Positions 1 to 9,793 of a DNA stretch of 37,942 nucleotides are shown piece after piece. Within the stretch, counting starts at the first letter, position 1; each line of letters opens with the position of its first letter. The DNA is from a bacterium. Lineage in GTDB: Bacteria; Babelota; Babeliae; Babelales; Chromulinivoraceae. The position numbers and the translations under genes were made by a program. The stretch is taken from the NCBI GenBank assembly GCA_947377595.1, contig CANCGK010000001.1, positions 1-37,942 of the forward strand. Direction: 5' to 3'. The notes beneath the pieces are model-generated. The model ran no database searches. It was not told where the DNA came from and saw only the letters and a list, made by a program, of their open reading frames with translations.

Positions 1-10
1 ATTACCATTG

Positions 11-250
11 TTAATCTTGAACAATGATTCGTACTGCAGGGTTAATTGCTTTTTGCAGCCGCTGCTCTAAACCAAACGTAATCGTATAAAAAGAAAGAGG
101 ACATGTATCACATGCCCCTTTTAAACGTATCAAAACGTTATAATCATGAATCGAAACAAGCTCGATTTGACCACCATGCGACTGAACATACGGCTGCATT
201 TGTTCAAGTTCTTGAAGAACTTGAACAAAGAGCTGATTGTTTTTGTGCAT
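11..250 (-). CDS. NifU/Nfu-like Fe-S cluster carrier domain protein
   Basis: PYVQSHGG-IEL...IRLKGACDTCP matches the NifU C-terminal domain with CxxC. The ATG at 250 overlaps the rplQ stop (TAATG); the ORF track start at 259 is the alternative. Confidence 0.88.
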   Translation of the reverse strand: MHKNNQLFVQVLQELEQMQPYVQSHGGQIELVSIHDYNVLIRLKGACDTCPLSFYTITFGLEQRLQKAINPAVRIIVQD

Positions 251-606
251 TACACCCATTGCAATAATGACATCGATGCAGTATCACTAGGACGTTTACC
301 TAAAGGTAAAATTCTTGTGTATCCACCTGGACGGTCAACATATTGCGGCGCAATTTCTTTAAATAATTTTAAAATTGCTTGCGGGCTATATGGTAACATT
401 GCTTGCGCTTTACGGCGAGGATTAAATTCATTACCTTCACGCGCAATAGTCACTAATTTTTCTGCCAAACGACGAATTTCTTTAATATTTGCCGTTGAAG
501 AAGTAATATGACCAAAATTGATAAAATGAATAACTTGGTTTCTTAAAAAAGCTTTACGATATGAACCTTTCATATTCAGCTTTTTTTTACCACTTAAATG
601 TCTCAT
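250..606 (-). CDS. rplQ: 50S ribosomal protein L17
   Basis: MRH N-terminus, AEKLVTIA, RPGGYTRI motif; directly downstream of rpoA. Confidence 0.97.
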   Translation of the reverse strand: MRHLSGKKKLNMKGSYRKAFLRNQVIHFINFGHITSSTANIKEIRRLAEKLVTIAREGNEFNPRRKAQAMLPYSPQAILKLFKEIAPQYVDRPGGYTRILPLGKRPSDTASMSLLQWV

Positions 607-636
607 GCGTTTATTCCTTACTTCGTTGTTTTATAA

Positions 637-1680
637 CTACTTGCTTTGTTTTTGCAATGCTTTAACAACAACTTCTTCTTTGATATCCATACCAAGACGC
701 AAACCTAAAGAACGTAATATTTCTTTAACTTCATCTAAAGATTTTCTACCAAAATTTTTAATTTTCAAACCTTCATCTTCTGTGAAATTCACCAAATCGA
801 TAACTCGACGAATGTCTGCGTTAATCAAGCAATTATGAGCACGTGCAGAAAATTCTAATTCATCAATTGGTTTCATCAACAGTTCAAGTGATATACCCTT
901 AAGACCAAAATCTTCAATTTCAGTATTTTCAACAGGATTTACACTGCTTTCTTGTCCTGAAATTTCATTAAATGGAATTTCGGTACCAACTAAAAAGTTT
1001 TCAAGCTGTGTACGCAATACTGAAACAGCATAATCTAATGCTTCTACAGAAGTAATCGCTCCATTAGTTGTAATTTCAAGTGTCATTTTATCAAAATCAA
1101 TATCTTTACCAACACGAGTTTTTTCAACATGATAAGTCACATTACGTACCGGAGAGAACATCGCATCAAGATAAATACGCCCATCTTCTTGCAAAGATTG
1201 ACCTATAGGCCACTGAGCAACTTGATAACCTCTTCCTGACTCTACAGTAAACTCAATATTAAGTGAACCACCTTGAGAAACATGCGCAATCACATGATCG
1301 TGATTAACAAGTTCTAAATGATCGTCACATATTATATCTGCAACTGTTACAGCTTTAGGAGAAGAAACTGATAACTTCATAGTTCCTGAAGTATTTGTTT
1401 TATTTTTAATAACAATTTGTTTTAGATTTAAAACAATTTGCATTATATCTTCAACAACACCAGGAATTGATGAAAATTCGTTATTGACACCTTGAATTAC
1501 TACAGAAGTTACTGAAGTTCCTTCAATTGCACCAAGCAAAACACGACGCATCGCATTACCAAGTGTAACACCAAAACCAGGTTCTAATGGTTCTGCTACC
1601 AATTTACCAAAAGTAGCAGACATCGATTGTTTATCCCAACCTAATTTCGGCAATGTCAATGGTTTATATTCTCTACTCAT
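637..1680 (-). CDS. rpoA: RNA polymerase alpha subunit
   Basis: EPLEPGFGVTLGNAMRRVLL, SARAHNCL, KNFGRKSL. Confidence 0.99.
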   Translation of the reverse strand: MSREYKPLTLPKLGWDKQSMSATFGKLVAEPLEPGFGVTLGNAMRRVLLGAIEGTSVTSVVIQGVNNEFSSIPGVVEDIMQIVLNLKQIVIKNKTNTSGTMKLSVSSPKAVTVADIICDDHLELVNHDHVIAHVSQGGSLNIEFTVESGRGYQVAQWPIGQSLQEDGRIYLDAMFSPVRNVTYHVEKTRVGKDIDFDKMTLEITTNGAITSVEALDYAVSVLRTQLENFLVGTEIPFNEISGQESSVNPVENTEIEDFGLKGISLELLMKPIDELEFSARAHNCLINADIRRVIDLVNFTEDEGLKIKNFGRKSLDEVKEILRSLGLRLGMDIKEEVVVKALQKQSK

Positions 1681-1709
1681 AATAATTGCCCTAACCCTTA
1701 ATTAAACGA

Positions 1710-2276
1710 TTACTTAGAGTACATTTCAACAATCAAATACTCTTCTATTGGCGCTTGTAAGTCTGAACGAACTGGAAGACGTAAAACTTTACCAGCACGG
1801 TCTTTTTTTAGTAATTCAAGCCATTCAGGAACTTTAACACCAATGCTCATACGTTTATCGACAACTTGCTCTAATAATGCACTATTGTTTAATGCACGAT
1901 CAGTTAATGAAATTACATCATTCACATTAATAAAACATGATGGTGAAGTAACTTTTTTATTATTCAATTTAATATGACCATGAACAATCATTTGACGAGC
2001 TTGAGCTCTTGTTGTAGCCATTTTTAAACGATATACAACGTTATCAATTCTACGTTCTAACAAATTCAGCAAGTTTTCACCAGGAGCACCTTGAGTTGCA
2101 GTGCTTGCAAGATGATAAAAACGACGGAATTGTTTTTCACGCATACCGTACATTTCTTTTACTTTTTGTTTTTCTGCAAGTTGTTTACCATATTCAGAAA
2201 CACGTTTAAAAGATTTTTTTGCTGATTGATTCTCTGAAGAATTTCCATCCGCTTGTGTTTTTGGATTTGTTTTCAT
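1710..2276 (-). CDS. rpsD: 30S ribosomal protein S4 (atypical N-terminus)
   Basis: SEYGKQLAEKQK, LERRIDNVVYR, ARQMIVHGH, IVEMYSK; lies between rpsK and rpoA. Confidence 0.97.
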   Translation of the reverse strand: MKTNPKTQADGNSSENQSAKKSFKRVSEYGKQLAEKQKVKEMYGMREKQFRRFYHLASTATQGAPGENLLNLLERRIDNVVYRLKMATTRAQARQMIVHGHIKLNNKKVTSPSCFINVNDVISLTDRALNNSALLEQVVDKRMSIGVKVPEWLELLKKDRAGKVLRLPVRSDLQAPIEEYLIVEMYSK

Positions 2277-2304
2277 AATTAATCTATCCGTAATAAATTA
2301 TTTG

Positions 2305-2688
2305 TTATACACGACGTTTTTTAGGAGGACGACAGCCATTATGTGGTAATGGAGTCACGTCTCGTAACACAGAAATATTTAAACCCGCACCTTGAAGCGA
2401 ACGAACTACAGAATCACGACCTGATCCAGCACCTTGTAAATTTACTTCTACAGATTTAATACCCATTAAAGTCATATCTTTTGCTAATACTGATGTGATT
2501 TGTGATGCTGCAAAAGGAGTACCTTTTCGAGAGCCTTTAAAACCTGATTTTCCTGCGCTTCCATTGAGAATCACATTTCCATCTTCAGTCGTAATTGTCA
2601 CAAGTGTATTATTGAATGTTGCTTTAACATGAACAATAGCATTACTTAGTTGACGTTTGACTTTTTTGGACTTCTTTTTATAAGCCAT
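2305..2688 (-). CDS. rpsK: 30S ribosomal protein S11
   Basis: TFNNT, GFKGSRKGTPFAA, DVTPLPHNGCRPPKKRRV. Confidence 0.99.
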   Translation of the reverse strand: MAYKKKSKKVKRQLSNAIVHVKATFNNTLVTITTEDGNVILNGSAGKSGFKGSRKGTPFAASQITSVLAKDMTLMGIKSVEVNLQGAGSGRDSVVRSLQGAGLNISVLRDVTPLPHNGCRPPKKRRV

Positions 2689-2710
2689 TTTTACCTTTTA
2701 TCTAACTATA

Positions 2711-3100
2711 CTATTTCTTAGTTATTTTTCGTTTCAATGCAACTGCTGAACCAGCTTTTTTAGGACCTTTTTTGGTTCTTGCATTTGTTTTTGTACGCTG
2801 CCCACGACAAGGCAAGCCTTTTCTATGGCGTAATCCTCTGTAAGAATTGATTTCTTGCAGACGCTTGATGTTCATTACAACTTCTTTACGAAGATCACCT
2901 TCTGTTGGACAATATTCATTTACTGTTTTTTGAATAACTGCCACATCTTGATCTGTTAAATCTTTTACACGAGTATCAAAATTGATATTTGCTTTATTTA
3001 AAATATCTCGTGAAGATTTCAATCCAATACCATAGACATATGTCAAACCATATTCTATGCGCTTGCTAGAAGGTAGGTTGATACCTGATATTCTTGCCAT
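2711..3100 (-). CDS. rpsM: 30S ribosomal protein S13
   Basis: [33 protein letters not shown]. Confidence 0.99.
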   Translation of the reverse strand: MARISGINLPSSKRIEYGLTYVYGIGLKSSRDILNKANINFDTRVKDLTDQDVAVIQKTVNEYCPTEGDLRKEVVMNIKRLQEINSYRGLRHRKGLPCRGQRTKTNARTKKGPKKAGSAVALKRKITKK

Positions 3101-3131
3101 ATATTACCTTTATACTGTACTGACTTTTCTC

Positions 3132-3248
3132 TTACCCTTGACGCTGTTTATGACGAGGATCTTTTATACAAATAATTCGTACAACTCCATCTCTTCTCAC
3201 GACTCTGCATTCTGAGCACATTTTTTTAATGGATGTTCTTACTTTCAT
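3132..3248 (-). CDS. rpmJ: 50S ribosomal protein L36 (Zn-binding C+ type); absent from the ORF track
   Basis: Manual translation gives [38 protein letters not shown] (38 aa), in the canonical position between infA and rpsM. Confidence 0.98.
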   Translation of the reverse strand: MKVRTSIKKMCSECRVVRRDGVVRIICIKDPRHKQRQG

Positions 3249-3281
3249 AGTCGCATCTTTCTATCAAGTTGTTATAACTTA

Positions 3282-3506
3282 TTAACTTTTATACCGTCTT
3301 ACAATTCTACCACGAGTCAAATCATATGGCGACAACTCTAAAGCAACTTTATCTCCTGGTAATATACGAATATAATTCATACGCATTTTACCAGAAACGT
3401 GTCCCAATATGATATGTCCTCCATCTATGACGACTCTAAACATTGCATTAGGTAATGTTTCTTGAACAACACCGTCAATGCAAACTATATCTTCTTTTTT
3501 ACTCAT
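3282..3506 (-). CDS. infA: Translation initiation factor IF-1
   Basis: [34 protein letters not shown]; start reassigned to MSKKED at 3506. Confidence 0.98.
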   Translation of the reverse strand: MSKKEDIVCIDGVVQETLPNAMFRVVIDGGHIILGHVSGKMRMNYIRILPGDKVALELSPYDLTRGRIVRRYKS

Positions 3507-3511
3507 ACGCT

Positions 3512-4270
3512 TTACCCTTGTAACCTTGTTAAAACTTCTGGACCATTTTCCGTAATCAATATTGTATCTTCGACATGCATAGCTAAACTTTGGTCTGTAG
3601 TTTGTACAGTCCATTCATCTTTCATAACAAAGACATCATAATGCCCGACAGTAATCATAGGTTCAATAGCAAAGGTCATACCTGCTCGCAACATCATACC
3701 AGTACCTTTTTTGCCAAAATTTGGCACATCCGGTTCTTCATGCATTTTTTTACCAATGCCATGACCAGCAAAATCACGAACAATACCATACCCTTGTTTT
3801 TCAGCTACTTGTTGTATTGCGTATGAAATGTCAAATAATCTATTTCCTTCAACTGCTTGGTCTATACCCGCTTGCAACGCTTGTTGTGCTGTAGCTATAA
3901 ATTTGCTTATTTCTACAGTCGGCTCTTGTACATCGACAAGATAAGCTCTTGCCATATCAGCACAATAACCCTTCCAAGCTGCACAAACATCGACTTTAAC
4001 CAAATCACCTTGTTTTAAAATAACTTGAGATGAAGGCACACCATGCACAACAACTTGATTAACTGAAATGCAACTAACATGTTGATATCCCATATATCCT
4101 TTAGATTGAGATACCAAATTATTAACTTTTAATTGCCCTGCAATCCATTGATCAATCATCAATGTTGTTACGCCTGGTTTTATAACTGATGGTACCATTT
4201 CAAAGATTTCTGCCAACAGTTTTCCTGCTGTTTTCATCTTAAAAATAGCGTCTTTACTTTTTATCATCAT
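3512..4270 (-). CDS. map: Methionine aminopeptidase type I
   Basis: VVHGVP, KVDV, ADMAR, GHGIG, AIEPMI, HVEDT metal ligands; start likely MMIKS at 4270 or 4267. Confidence 0.97.
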   Translation of the reverse strand: MMIKSKDAIFKMKTAGKLLAEIFEMVPSVIKPGVTTLMIDQWIAGQLKVNNLVSQSKGYMGYQHVSCISVNQVVVHGVPSSQVILKQGDLVKVDVCAAWKGYCADMARAYLVDVQEPTVEISKFIATAQQALQAGIDQAVEGNRLFDISYAIQQVAEKQGYGIVRDFAGHGIGKKMHEEPDVPNFGKKGTGMMLRAGMTFAIEPMITVGHYDVFVMKDEWTVQTTDQSLAMHVEDTILITENGPEVLTRLQG

Positions 4271-4275
4271 ACAGA

Positions 4276-4953
4276 TTAACAATTCGAAATTTGCTTAATA
4301 TATTCAAATACTTGTTCTACTGGCTCTTGTGCATTAATAACAAGAATAGTAGTTCCTTTATCCTTATAATATTGTAGCATATCTTTTTCATGTTGATAAT
4401 AGACATCAAGACGTTTTTTCAAAGTTTCTCGAGAATCATCGGGTCTATGGATCAAATCATGATCGCATACGTCACATTTCATAAACTGTTTTGGTTGTAA
4501 TGAATTGTCTTGCTGTGTTGAGTAAACACGCTGACAATCTTTATTTCCACAAACAACCCTTGATTCAATTCTATTCATTAAAACATTTTCATCAACTTCA
4601 AATTTGACGACCAATGTTTTAAAATTACTAAATTGTACATTTAACATTTTATCAATAAAAGCTGATTGTTCAAGAGTGCGAGGAGTTCCATCAAATATTA
4701 TACCATCGATATTATATTGATGAGTAACAATCCACATTTCAATCATATTCATAATGATCTGATCTGGAACAAGTTTCCCTTGCGAAATTAATGCTGCAAT
4801 CTCTTGCCCCAAATCAGTTTTATTTACAATATGCTCACGACAAACATTACCTGTTGATAAATGTTTCCAATTAAACTCTTTCTGACAAACCGCGGAAATT
4901 GTTCCCTTACCCGCTCCCGGTGGTCCAAGAAAGATCACTGCCTTTTTGCTCAT
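4276..4953 (-). CDS. adk: Adenylate kinase with Cys4 (Zn) LID
   Basis: GPPGAGKGT P-loop, HLSTG, DGTPRT, LID CGNKDC...CDVC, RPDD; ATGA overlap with secY. Confidence 0.98.
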   Translation of the reverse strand: MSKKAVIFLGPPGAGKGTISAVCQKEFNWKHLSTGNVCREHIVNKTDLGQEIAALISQGKLVPDQIIMNMIEMWIVTHQYNIDGIIFDGTPRTLEQSAFIDKMLNVQFSNFKTLVVKFEVDENVLMNRIESRVVCGNKDCQRVYSTQQDNSLQPKQFMKCDVCDHDLIHRPDDSRETLKKRLDVYYQHEKDMLQYYKDKGTTILVINAQEPVEQVFEYIKQISNC

Positions 4954-6263
4954 GAACGTACTATCCTACCTTTTGATCGACCAGTACGTAAAAAACCTTC
5001 ATAGCGTCGTTCAATTAAATATGATTCAATTTGATTTGAAATTTCTAATGCTACACCAATAACAATCAACATACTTGTTCCAGTTTCTTGAAAAGGAATC
5101 TGTAACACATTTTGTAAAATTGTTGGTAAAATTGCTAAAGTTGCTAAATAAATAGCTCCAACTAATCCAACTCTTGTTAATGTATAATTAAAATAATCTG
5201 CAGTTTGCTTACCTGGACGAAGTCCTGGAACAAATCCACCACCTTTTCTAATATTTTCAGCTAATTCTGTAGGATTTACAAATAAAGCTGTATAGAAAAA
5301 TGAAAACATAATAACTAAAAGAAAATCTACAACTGTTAATAATGGTCCATTATAAAATGATTGAACAACCATTTGTAATGTTGGAAAATATGAAGATAAC
5401 ATACCTGCAATAATTAATGGAAAACGTATAACCGTTGACGCAAAAATAACAGGCATAATACCAGCACTATTAATTTTAAAAGGTATATAGGTACTTTGAC
5501 CACCATACACTTTATTTCCAACCACTCTACGAGCATAATGTACAGGTATTTTGCGATCACCTTTTTCTAAAAAAACAATACCAGCAGTAACTACTAAATA
5601 AGCTACAAGTACGGCAATTGCCATTAAAATATGAGTATGACCTTGTTCAACCATAGCCATTAATTTTAATGCATGAGTTGGATAACCTGATAAAATACCT
5701 GCAAAAATAAGTACAGAGCTTCCATTTCCAATTCCATGCAAAGAAATTTGATCTCCCATCCACATAACTAACATTGCACCAGCGGTTAATGTTAATACAA
5801 ATGTGATCCTAAATCCCCATCCAGGAACAAGAACTATACCTTTACTCTCTAAGAGCATGGCATACGAAAAACTAGTCACAATACTCATAACTAGCGCTAA
5901 ATAACGCGTATATTGATTAATAATTTTTCGACCATATTCACCTTCTTTTGTTAATTGTTCAAAAGAAGGAATTGTCATCCCTAAAATTTGCATAAAAATT
6001 GAAGCTGAAATATATGGTTGTATTCCCAACGCAAATACTGTACAACGACTTAATGCACCTCCTGAAAAGATGTCAAAATAACCAAGAAATCCGCCAATAC
6101 CTGATGATTGTTGCATCAAATCTGACAACATAGGAACATTTACCCCAATAACTGGAATATAAGTACCTAATCTATTAATAATCAACACTCCCAGCACGAA
6201 AAATATTTTTTTTCTCAATTCTGAAATAACAAAAATATTGCGAAAGCTTTTCAATAAAACCAC
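4950..6263 (-). CDS. secY: Preprotein translocase subunit SecY
   Basis: FALGIQPYISASI, GIGNGSS, IPFKIN, FVPGLRPG; multiple TM segments; GTG start. Confidence 0.99.
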   Translation of the reverse strand: MVLLKSFRNIFVISELRKKIFFVLGVLIINRLGTYIPVIGVNVPMLSDLMQQSSGIGGFLGYFDIFSGGALSRCTVFALGIQPYISASIFMQILGMTIPSFEQLTKEGEYGRKIINQYTRYLALVMSIVTSFSYAMLLESKGIVLVPGWGFRITFVLTLTAGAMLVMWMGDQISLHGIGNGSSVLIFAGILSGYPTHALKLMAMVEQGHTHILMAIAVLVAYLVVTAGIVFLEKGDRKIPVHYARRVVGNKVYGGQSTYIPFKINSAGIMPVIFASTVIRFPLIIAGMLSSYFPTLQMVVQSFYNGPLLTVVDFLLVIMFSFFYTALFVNPTELAENIRKGGGFVPGLRPGKQTADYFNYTLTRVGLVGAIYLATLAILPTILQNVLQIPFQETGTSMLIVIGVALEISNQIESYLIERRYEGFLRTGRSKGRIVRS

Positions 6264-6274
6264 GGTCTACCTCT

Positions 6275-6709
6275 CTACTGTATGACTTTAGCTTCTCCGC
6301 CTACTCTAGTGATTGCTTCAACTGCACCATTACTAAATGCATCAGCTTCAATCGTCACTTTTTTAGTTAAAATTCCAGTTGCTAAAACTTTTAACAACCA
6401 GCCTTTTTTCAGTAATTTTTTCTCGATTAAAAGATCTTTTGTTACCATGTCACCATCTTGAACAAATGATTCAAGTTGACGCAAAGTAATAATGCTTACT
6501 TTTAAAGCGAATGGACTATTACTAAATCCACGTTTTGGTAAACGACGAGATATAGGCATTTGTCCGCCTTCAAATGAAGGTCTTACGCCTCCACCTGAAC
6601 GAGCATTTTGACCTTTACCACCTTTACCAGATGTTCCACCACGGCTACCGCCACGACCAACACGTTTTCTTTTTTTAGTTAATTTAACTAAAGTATTAAG
6701 CTGCAACAT
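6275..6709 (-). CDS. rplO: 50S ribosomal protein L15
   Basis: KRVGRGGSRGGTSGKGGKGQNARSG, FEGGQMP..RRLPKRGF; start reassigned to MLQLN at 6709, overlapping the rpsE end. Confidence 0.98.
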   Translation of the reverse strand: MLQLNTLVKLTKKRKRVGRGGSRGGTSGKGGKGQNARSGGGVRPSFEGGQMPISRRLPKRGFSNSPFALKVSIITLRQLESFVQDGDMVTKDLLIEKKLLKKGWLLKVLATGILTKKVTIEADAFSNGAVEAITRVGGEAKVIQ

Positions 6710-7220
6710 CTTTTCCCTTAATGATTTCTTCTGTTGTTTTGCCACGAAGGTTTGCAATGTGTTGAAGCGAACGTAATTTAGACAAAGCATTTAACGTTGC
6801 TTTTACCACATTTTGACTACAAGAAGCGCCCAATGATTTAGCTAAAACATCTTTAATGCCTAAAGCTTCCATCACTGCTCGAACTGATCCGCCAGCAATA
6901 AGGCCTGTACCTTTTGATGCAGAACACAAAATTACCGTTGTTGCACCGTGTCTACCTGTAACGTTATAAGGAATTGTATTACCTCGTAAAGAAATTTTAA
7001 TACGTTCTTTACGCGCTTTTACAGTAGCTTTTGCAATAGCAGAAGAAACTTCTCTGCTTTTACCTAAAGCAATTCCAACGCTTCCATCTTGATCGCCAGA
7101 AACTACAAAAGCTGAAAATGCAAAACGTTTACCACCTTTAGTAACTTTTGTTACACGGCGAACGCTTACAACACTTTCAAATGATGTTTCTTCTTGTTTT
7201 TGGGCAATTTTTTTATTCAT
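6696..7220 (-). CDS. rpsE: 30S ribosomal protein S5
   Basis: RVTKVTKGGKRFAFSA, GTGLIAGG, NVVKAT. Confidence 0.99.
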   Translation of the reverse strand: MNKKIAQKQEETSFESVVSVRRVTKVTKGGKRFAFSAFVVSGDQDGSVGIALGKSREVSSAIAKATVKARKERIKISLRGNTIPYNVTGRHGATTVILCSASKGTGLIAGGSVRAVMEALGIKDVLAKSLGASCSQNVVKATLNALSKLRSLQHIANLRGKTTEEIIKGKDVAA

Positions 7221-7255
7221 ATATTTTCACCATTATATACTGCTAAATAATCTAA

Positions 7256-7612
7256 TTAGATCTGCAGACCACCTTCACGCAGACCTTCAACAACTGACTT
7301 TACACGTCCATGATACAAATATCTGCCTCTATCAAAACAAACAGCTGTAACGCCGGCATGTTTTGTTTTTTCAGCCAAGTCTATACCGACCAAGCGAGCA
7401 GCAGCTGTTTTATCAACTTGATTATTTTTAAGAACCAAAGTTGATGAAGAAGCGATTGTTTTTCCAGTAGCATCATCTATGACTTGAGCATAAATATGAT
7501 TTAAACTTCTAAAAACAACAATACGTGGTTTCCCCGCAGCTGTCATCTGGATTTTATAGTGCACTCGTTGCGCACGGCGCGCACGATTTTCTTGCAATTT
7601 TTTTTGTTTCAT
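7256..7612 (-). CDS. rplR: 50S ribosomal protein L18
   Basis: PRIVVFRSLNHIYAQVIDD, FDRGRYLYHGRV; ATG at 7612 preferred over TTG at 7618. Confidence 0.98.
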   Translation of the reverse strand: MKQKKLQENRARRAQRVHYKIQMTAAGKPRIVVFRSLNHIYAQVIDDATGKTIASSSTLVLKNNQVDKTAAARLVGIDLAEKTKHAGVTAVCFDRGRYLYHGRVKSVVEGLREGGLQI

Positions 7613-7628
7613 ATCCAAACCTTAGCTT

Positions 7629-8174
7629 TTATTTATCACCTTTTGTTTTACCAGCTTTACGTATAATCACTTGATCAGAAAATCTAATTCCTGTACCTTT
7701 GTAAGGCTCTGGAAGACGTAAAGCACGTATTTTTTGAGCAACATCACCAGCTAAGAATTTATCAAAAGAACTTACAATTATATTTTGTCCTGTTTTATCA
7801 ATTTCAACAGTAACATTTTCTGGTAAATCAAAGTTAATTTTATGACTATAGCCTAAAGAGAATACAATTTCTCTTCCTTGTAAAATACCTTTAAAGCCAA
7901 GTCCTACAATTTTAACTTCTTTTTTAAACTTTTCACGAGATCCAGATATTTTATTAAATAACAATGCTCGATGTAATCCCCAGAAGTTATTATTTTTTTT
8001 ATCTTCTGAATTTTTAAGACCAATTGTTAATTGATCATTTTCAAGCGTTGCTTTTAAACAGTCTGGCAATACATGTGTACCTTCAGCCTGAGATCCCTTG
8101 TAATTTATATTTTGTCCATCAATATCGACACTGACGTTTGCTGTTGATATTGATCTGCGACCAACTTTAGACAT
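7629..8174 (-). CDS. rplF: 50S ribosomal protein L6
   Basis: MSKVGR start at 8174, LGYSH, PEPYKGTGIR, RKAGK. Confidence 0.98.
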   Translation of the reverse strand: MSKVGRRSISTANVSVDIDGQNINYKGSQAEGTHVLPDCLKATLENDQLTIGLKNSEDKKNNNFWGLHRALLFNKISGSREKFKKEVKIVGLGFKGILQGREIVFSLGYSHKINFDLPENVTVEIDKTGQNIIVSSFDKFLAGDVAQKIRALRLPEPYKGTGIRFSDQVIIRKAGKTKGDK

Positions 8175-8190
8175 GCACGAGCCCTTTCGA

Positions 8191-8589
8191 CTACCAAACG
8201 GTACAAATAATTTCGCCACCAACACGCATTTTTTTAGCTGTTTTATCTGTTAACAAACCTTTATTAGTTGTTAACACAGAGACACCCAATCCACCAATAA
8301 CTGGTTTTATGTTGCCAATGCCAGCATAAACTCTACGACTTGGCTTGCTTACTCGTGTAATTTCATGAATCACAGATTCATTATTTACATATTTTAAAAA
8401 TATTTTTAACTGTTTATTAACAACATCATTTTCATGAGCAACTTCAACGCCGGTAATAAAACCTTCTTCTAACAAAATCAAAGCAAGTTCATGTTTTAAA
8501 CTTGAATACGGAGCTGTTACAGAAGATTTTGAACGAGCAATTCCATTACGAATTATTGTTAAAAAATTTCCTAAGATATCAATTGACAT
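8191..8589 (-). CDS. rpsH: 30S ribosomal protein S8
   Basis: LTIIRNG, SKPSRRVY, GLGVSVLTTNKG, GGEIICTVW. Confidence 0.99.
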   Translation of the reverse strand: MSIDILGNFLTIIRNGIARSKSSVTAPYSSLKHELALILLEEGFITGVEVAHENDVVNKQLKIFLKYVNNESVIHEITRVSKPSRRVYAGIGNIKPVIGGLGVSVLTTNKGLLTDKTAKKMRVGGEIICTVW

Positions 8590-8605
8590 AAATTTTCCTT
8601 ATTCC

Positions 8606-8911
8606 CTACCAACTAGCTTTTCTGACACCTGGCAATAGCCCAGCAGATGCAAGATCACGAAAAACAATACGAGACACCCCAAAAAATCTTAAATAACCAC
8701 GCGCTCTGCCTGTTTGACTGCAACGATTTCTAATTCGCACAGCGCTTGAATTTTTAGGCAAATCGGAAAGCTTTGCTTGAGCAGCCATACGGTCTTCCAA
8801 TGATAATGAAAGATCAACAGTTGCTTTTTTTAGTACCGCACGACGCTCTTTGTAAAGCTCGACCATACGGATTCTTTTATTATTTTTCTCTACAGATGAC
8901 TTTTTTGCCAT
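8606..8911 (-). CDS. rpsN: 30S ribosomal protein S14, long (101 aa) Zn-independent type
   Basis: MAKKS, RIRNRCSQTGRARG, PGVRKASW; only one Cys. Confidence 0.98.
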   Translation of the reverse strand: MAKKSSVEKNNKRIRMVELYKERRAVLKKATVDLSLSLEDRMAAQAKLSDLPKNSSAVRIRNRCSQTGRARGYLRFFGVSRIVFRDLASAGLLPGVRKASW

Positions 8912-8928
8912 AGATGAACCCTATAACC

Positions 8929-9489
8929 TTAACTATTTTTTTGAGCAAATGGCATACCAAAAGCTTTTAACAGTGCGTATGCATGCTTATCATTATTTGT
9001 CGTTGTTTGAATAGTGATATTCAAACCGTATATTTTACCAGCTGTATCATAATCCACTTCTGGAAATATAACCCATTCTTTTATACCGATGTTATAATTG
9101 CCACGACCATCAAGTTTTGAAGGTAATCCACGAAAATCTCGCACTGTTGGCAAAGACAAGTTTATCAACCTATCAAGAAATTCATACATTCTGTCGCGTC
9201 GCAACGTAACCATAGTTCCAAGTGGCATGCCAGCTCTAATCTTAAATCCAGCAATAGATTTTTTTGCAATAGTACGAACAGCTTTTTGACCTGCAATAGC
9301 AGATAAGATTTCTTCAATCTTTTTCAAAACTTTACTGTCACTTACTGCTTCTTTAACACCGATGTTTAAAACAATCTTAGAAATTTTTGGAACTTCCATA
9401 ACATTAGACAATGCTAATTCTTTTTGCAACTGAGCAACCAATGTATTTCTGTAAAATTCCTCTAAGCGTGGTTGATATGCCTTGTTCAT
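8929..9489 (-). CDS. rplE: 50S ribosomal protein L5
   Basis: VPKISKIVLNIG, AKKSIAGFKIR, VRDFRG, DGRGNY, IFPE. Confidence 0.99.
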   Translation of the reverse strand: MNKAYQPRLEEFYRNTLVAQLQKELALSNVMEVPKISKIVLNIGVKEAVSDSKVLKKIEEILSAIAGQKAVRTIAKKSIAGFKIRAGMPLGTMVTLRRDRMYEFLDRLINLSLPTVRDFRGLPSKLDGRGNYNIGIKEWVIFPEVDYDTAGKIYGLNITIQTTTNNDKHAYALLKAFGMPFAQKNS

Positions 9490-9515
9490 TTAATAACCCT
9501 TATGACGCCTTGATA

Positions 9516-9782
9516 TTATTTTCTATTTAATTTACTTAATCTAACAGGCAGCCCAGTTAAACTATCAACTGGCAAAACATTTGAAATATGAATAAAAGCT
9601 TCACGCTTTTGAATTCCGCCTGTTTCACCTTGACGTTTTGCTTTGACATGGCAAGTAATAATGTTAATACCTTTTACTTTGACTTTATTATTTTTAAAGT
9701 CAAAAGCCATGATTTCGCCTTGCTTACCTTTGTCTTTGCCTGTTAAAACAACGACTTTATCGTCTTTTCTTAAACTTTTCAT
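9516..9782 (-). CDS. rplX: 50S ribosomal protein L24 (short, 88 aa)
   Basis: KOW motif DKVVVLTGKDKGKQG, GGI..REAFIHISNV. Confidence 0.97.
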   Translation of the reverse strand: MKSLRKDDKVVVLTGKDKGKQGEIMAFDFKNNKVKVKGINIITCHVKAKRQGETGGIQKREAFIHISNVLPVDSLTGLPVRLSKLNRK

Positions 9783-9793
9783 TCTTATAATTC

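Noticed and set aside
3507-8225. Extended N-termini in the ORF track for infA, map, rplO and rplF (also yidC and merR)
   Set aside because: These are longest-ORF artefacts; downstream starts match family N-termini and/or RBS positions
9486-9518. Possible readthrough of rplX (YQGVIRVIK after TAA, vaguely like the missing L24 tail)
   Set aside because: The similarity is weak and the segment is explained by the rplE Shine-Dalgarno (AAGGG); a short L24 is the simpler reading
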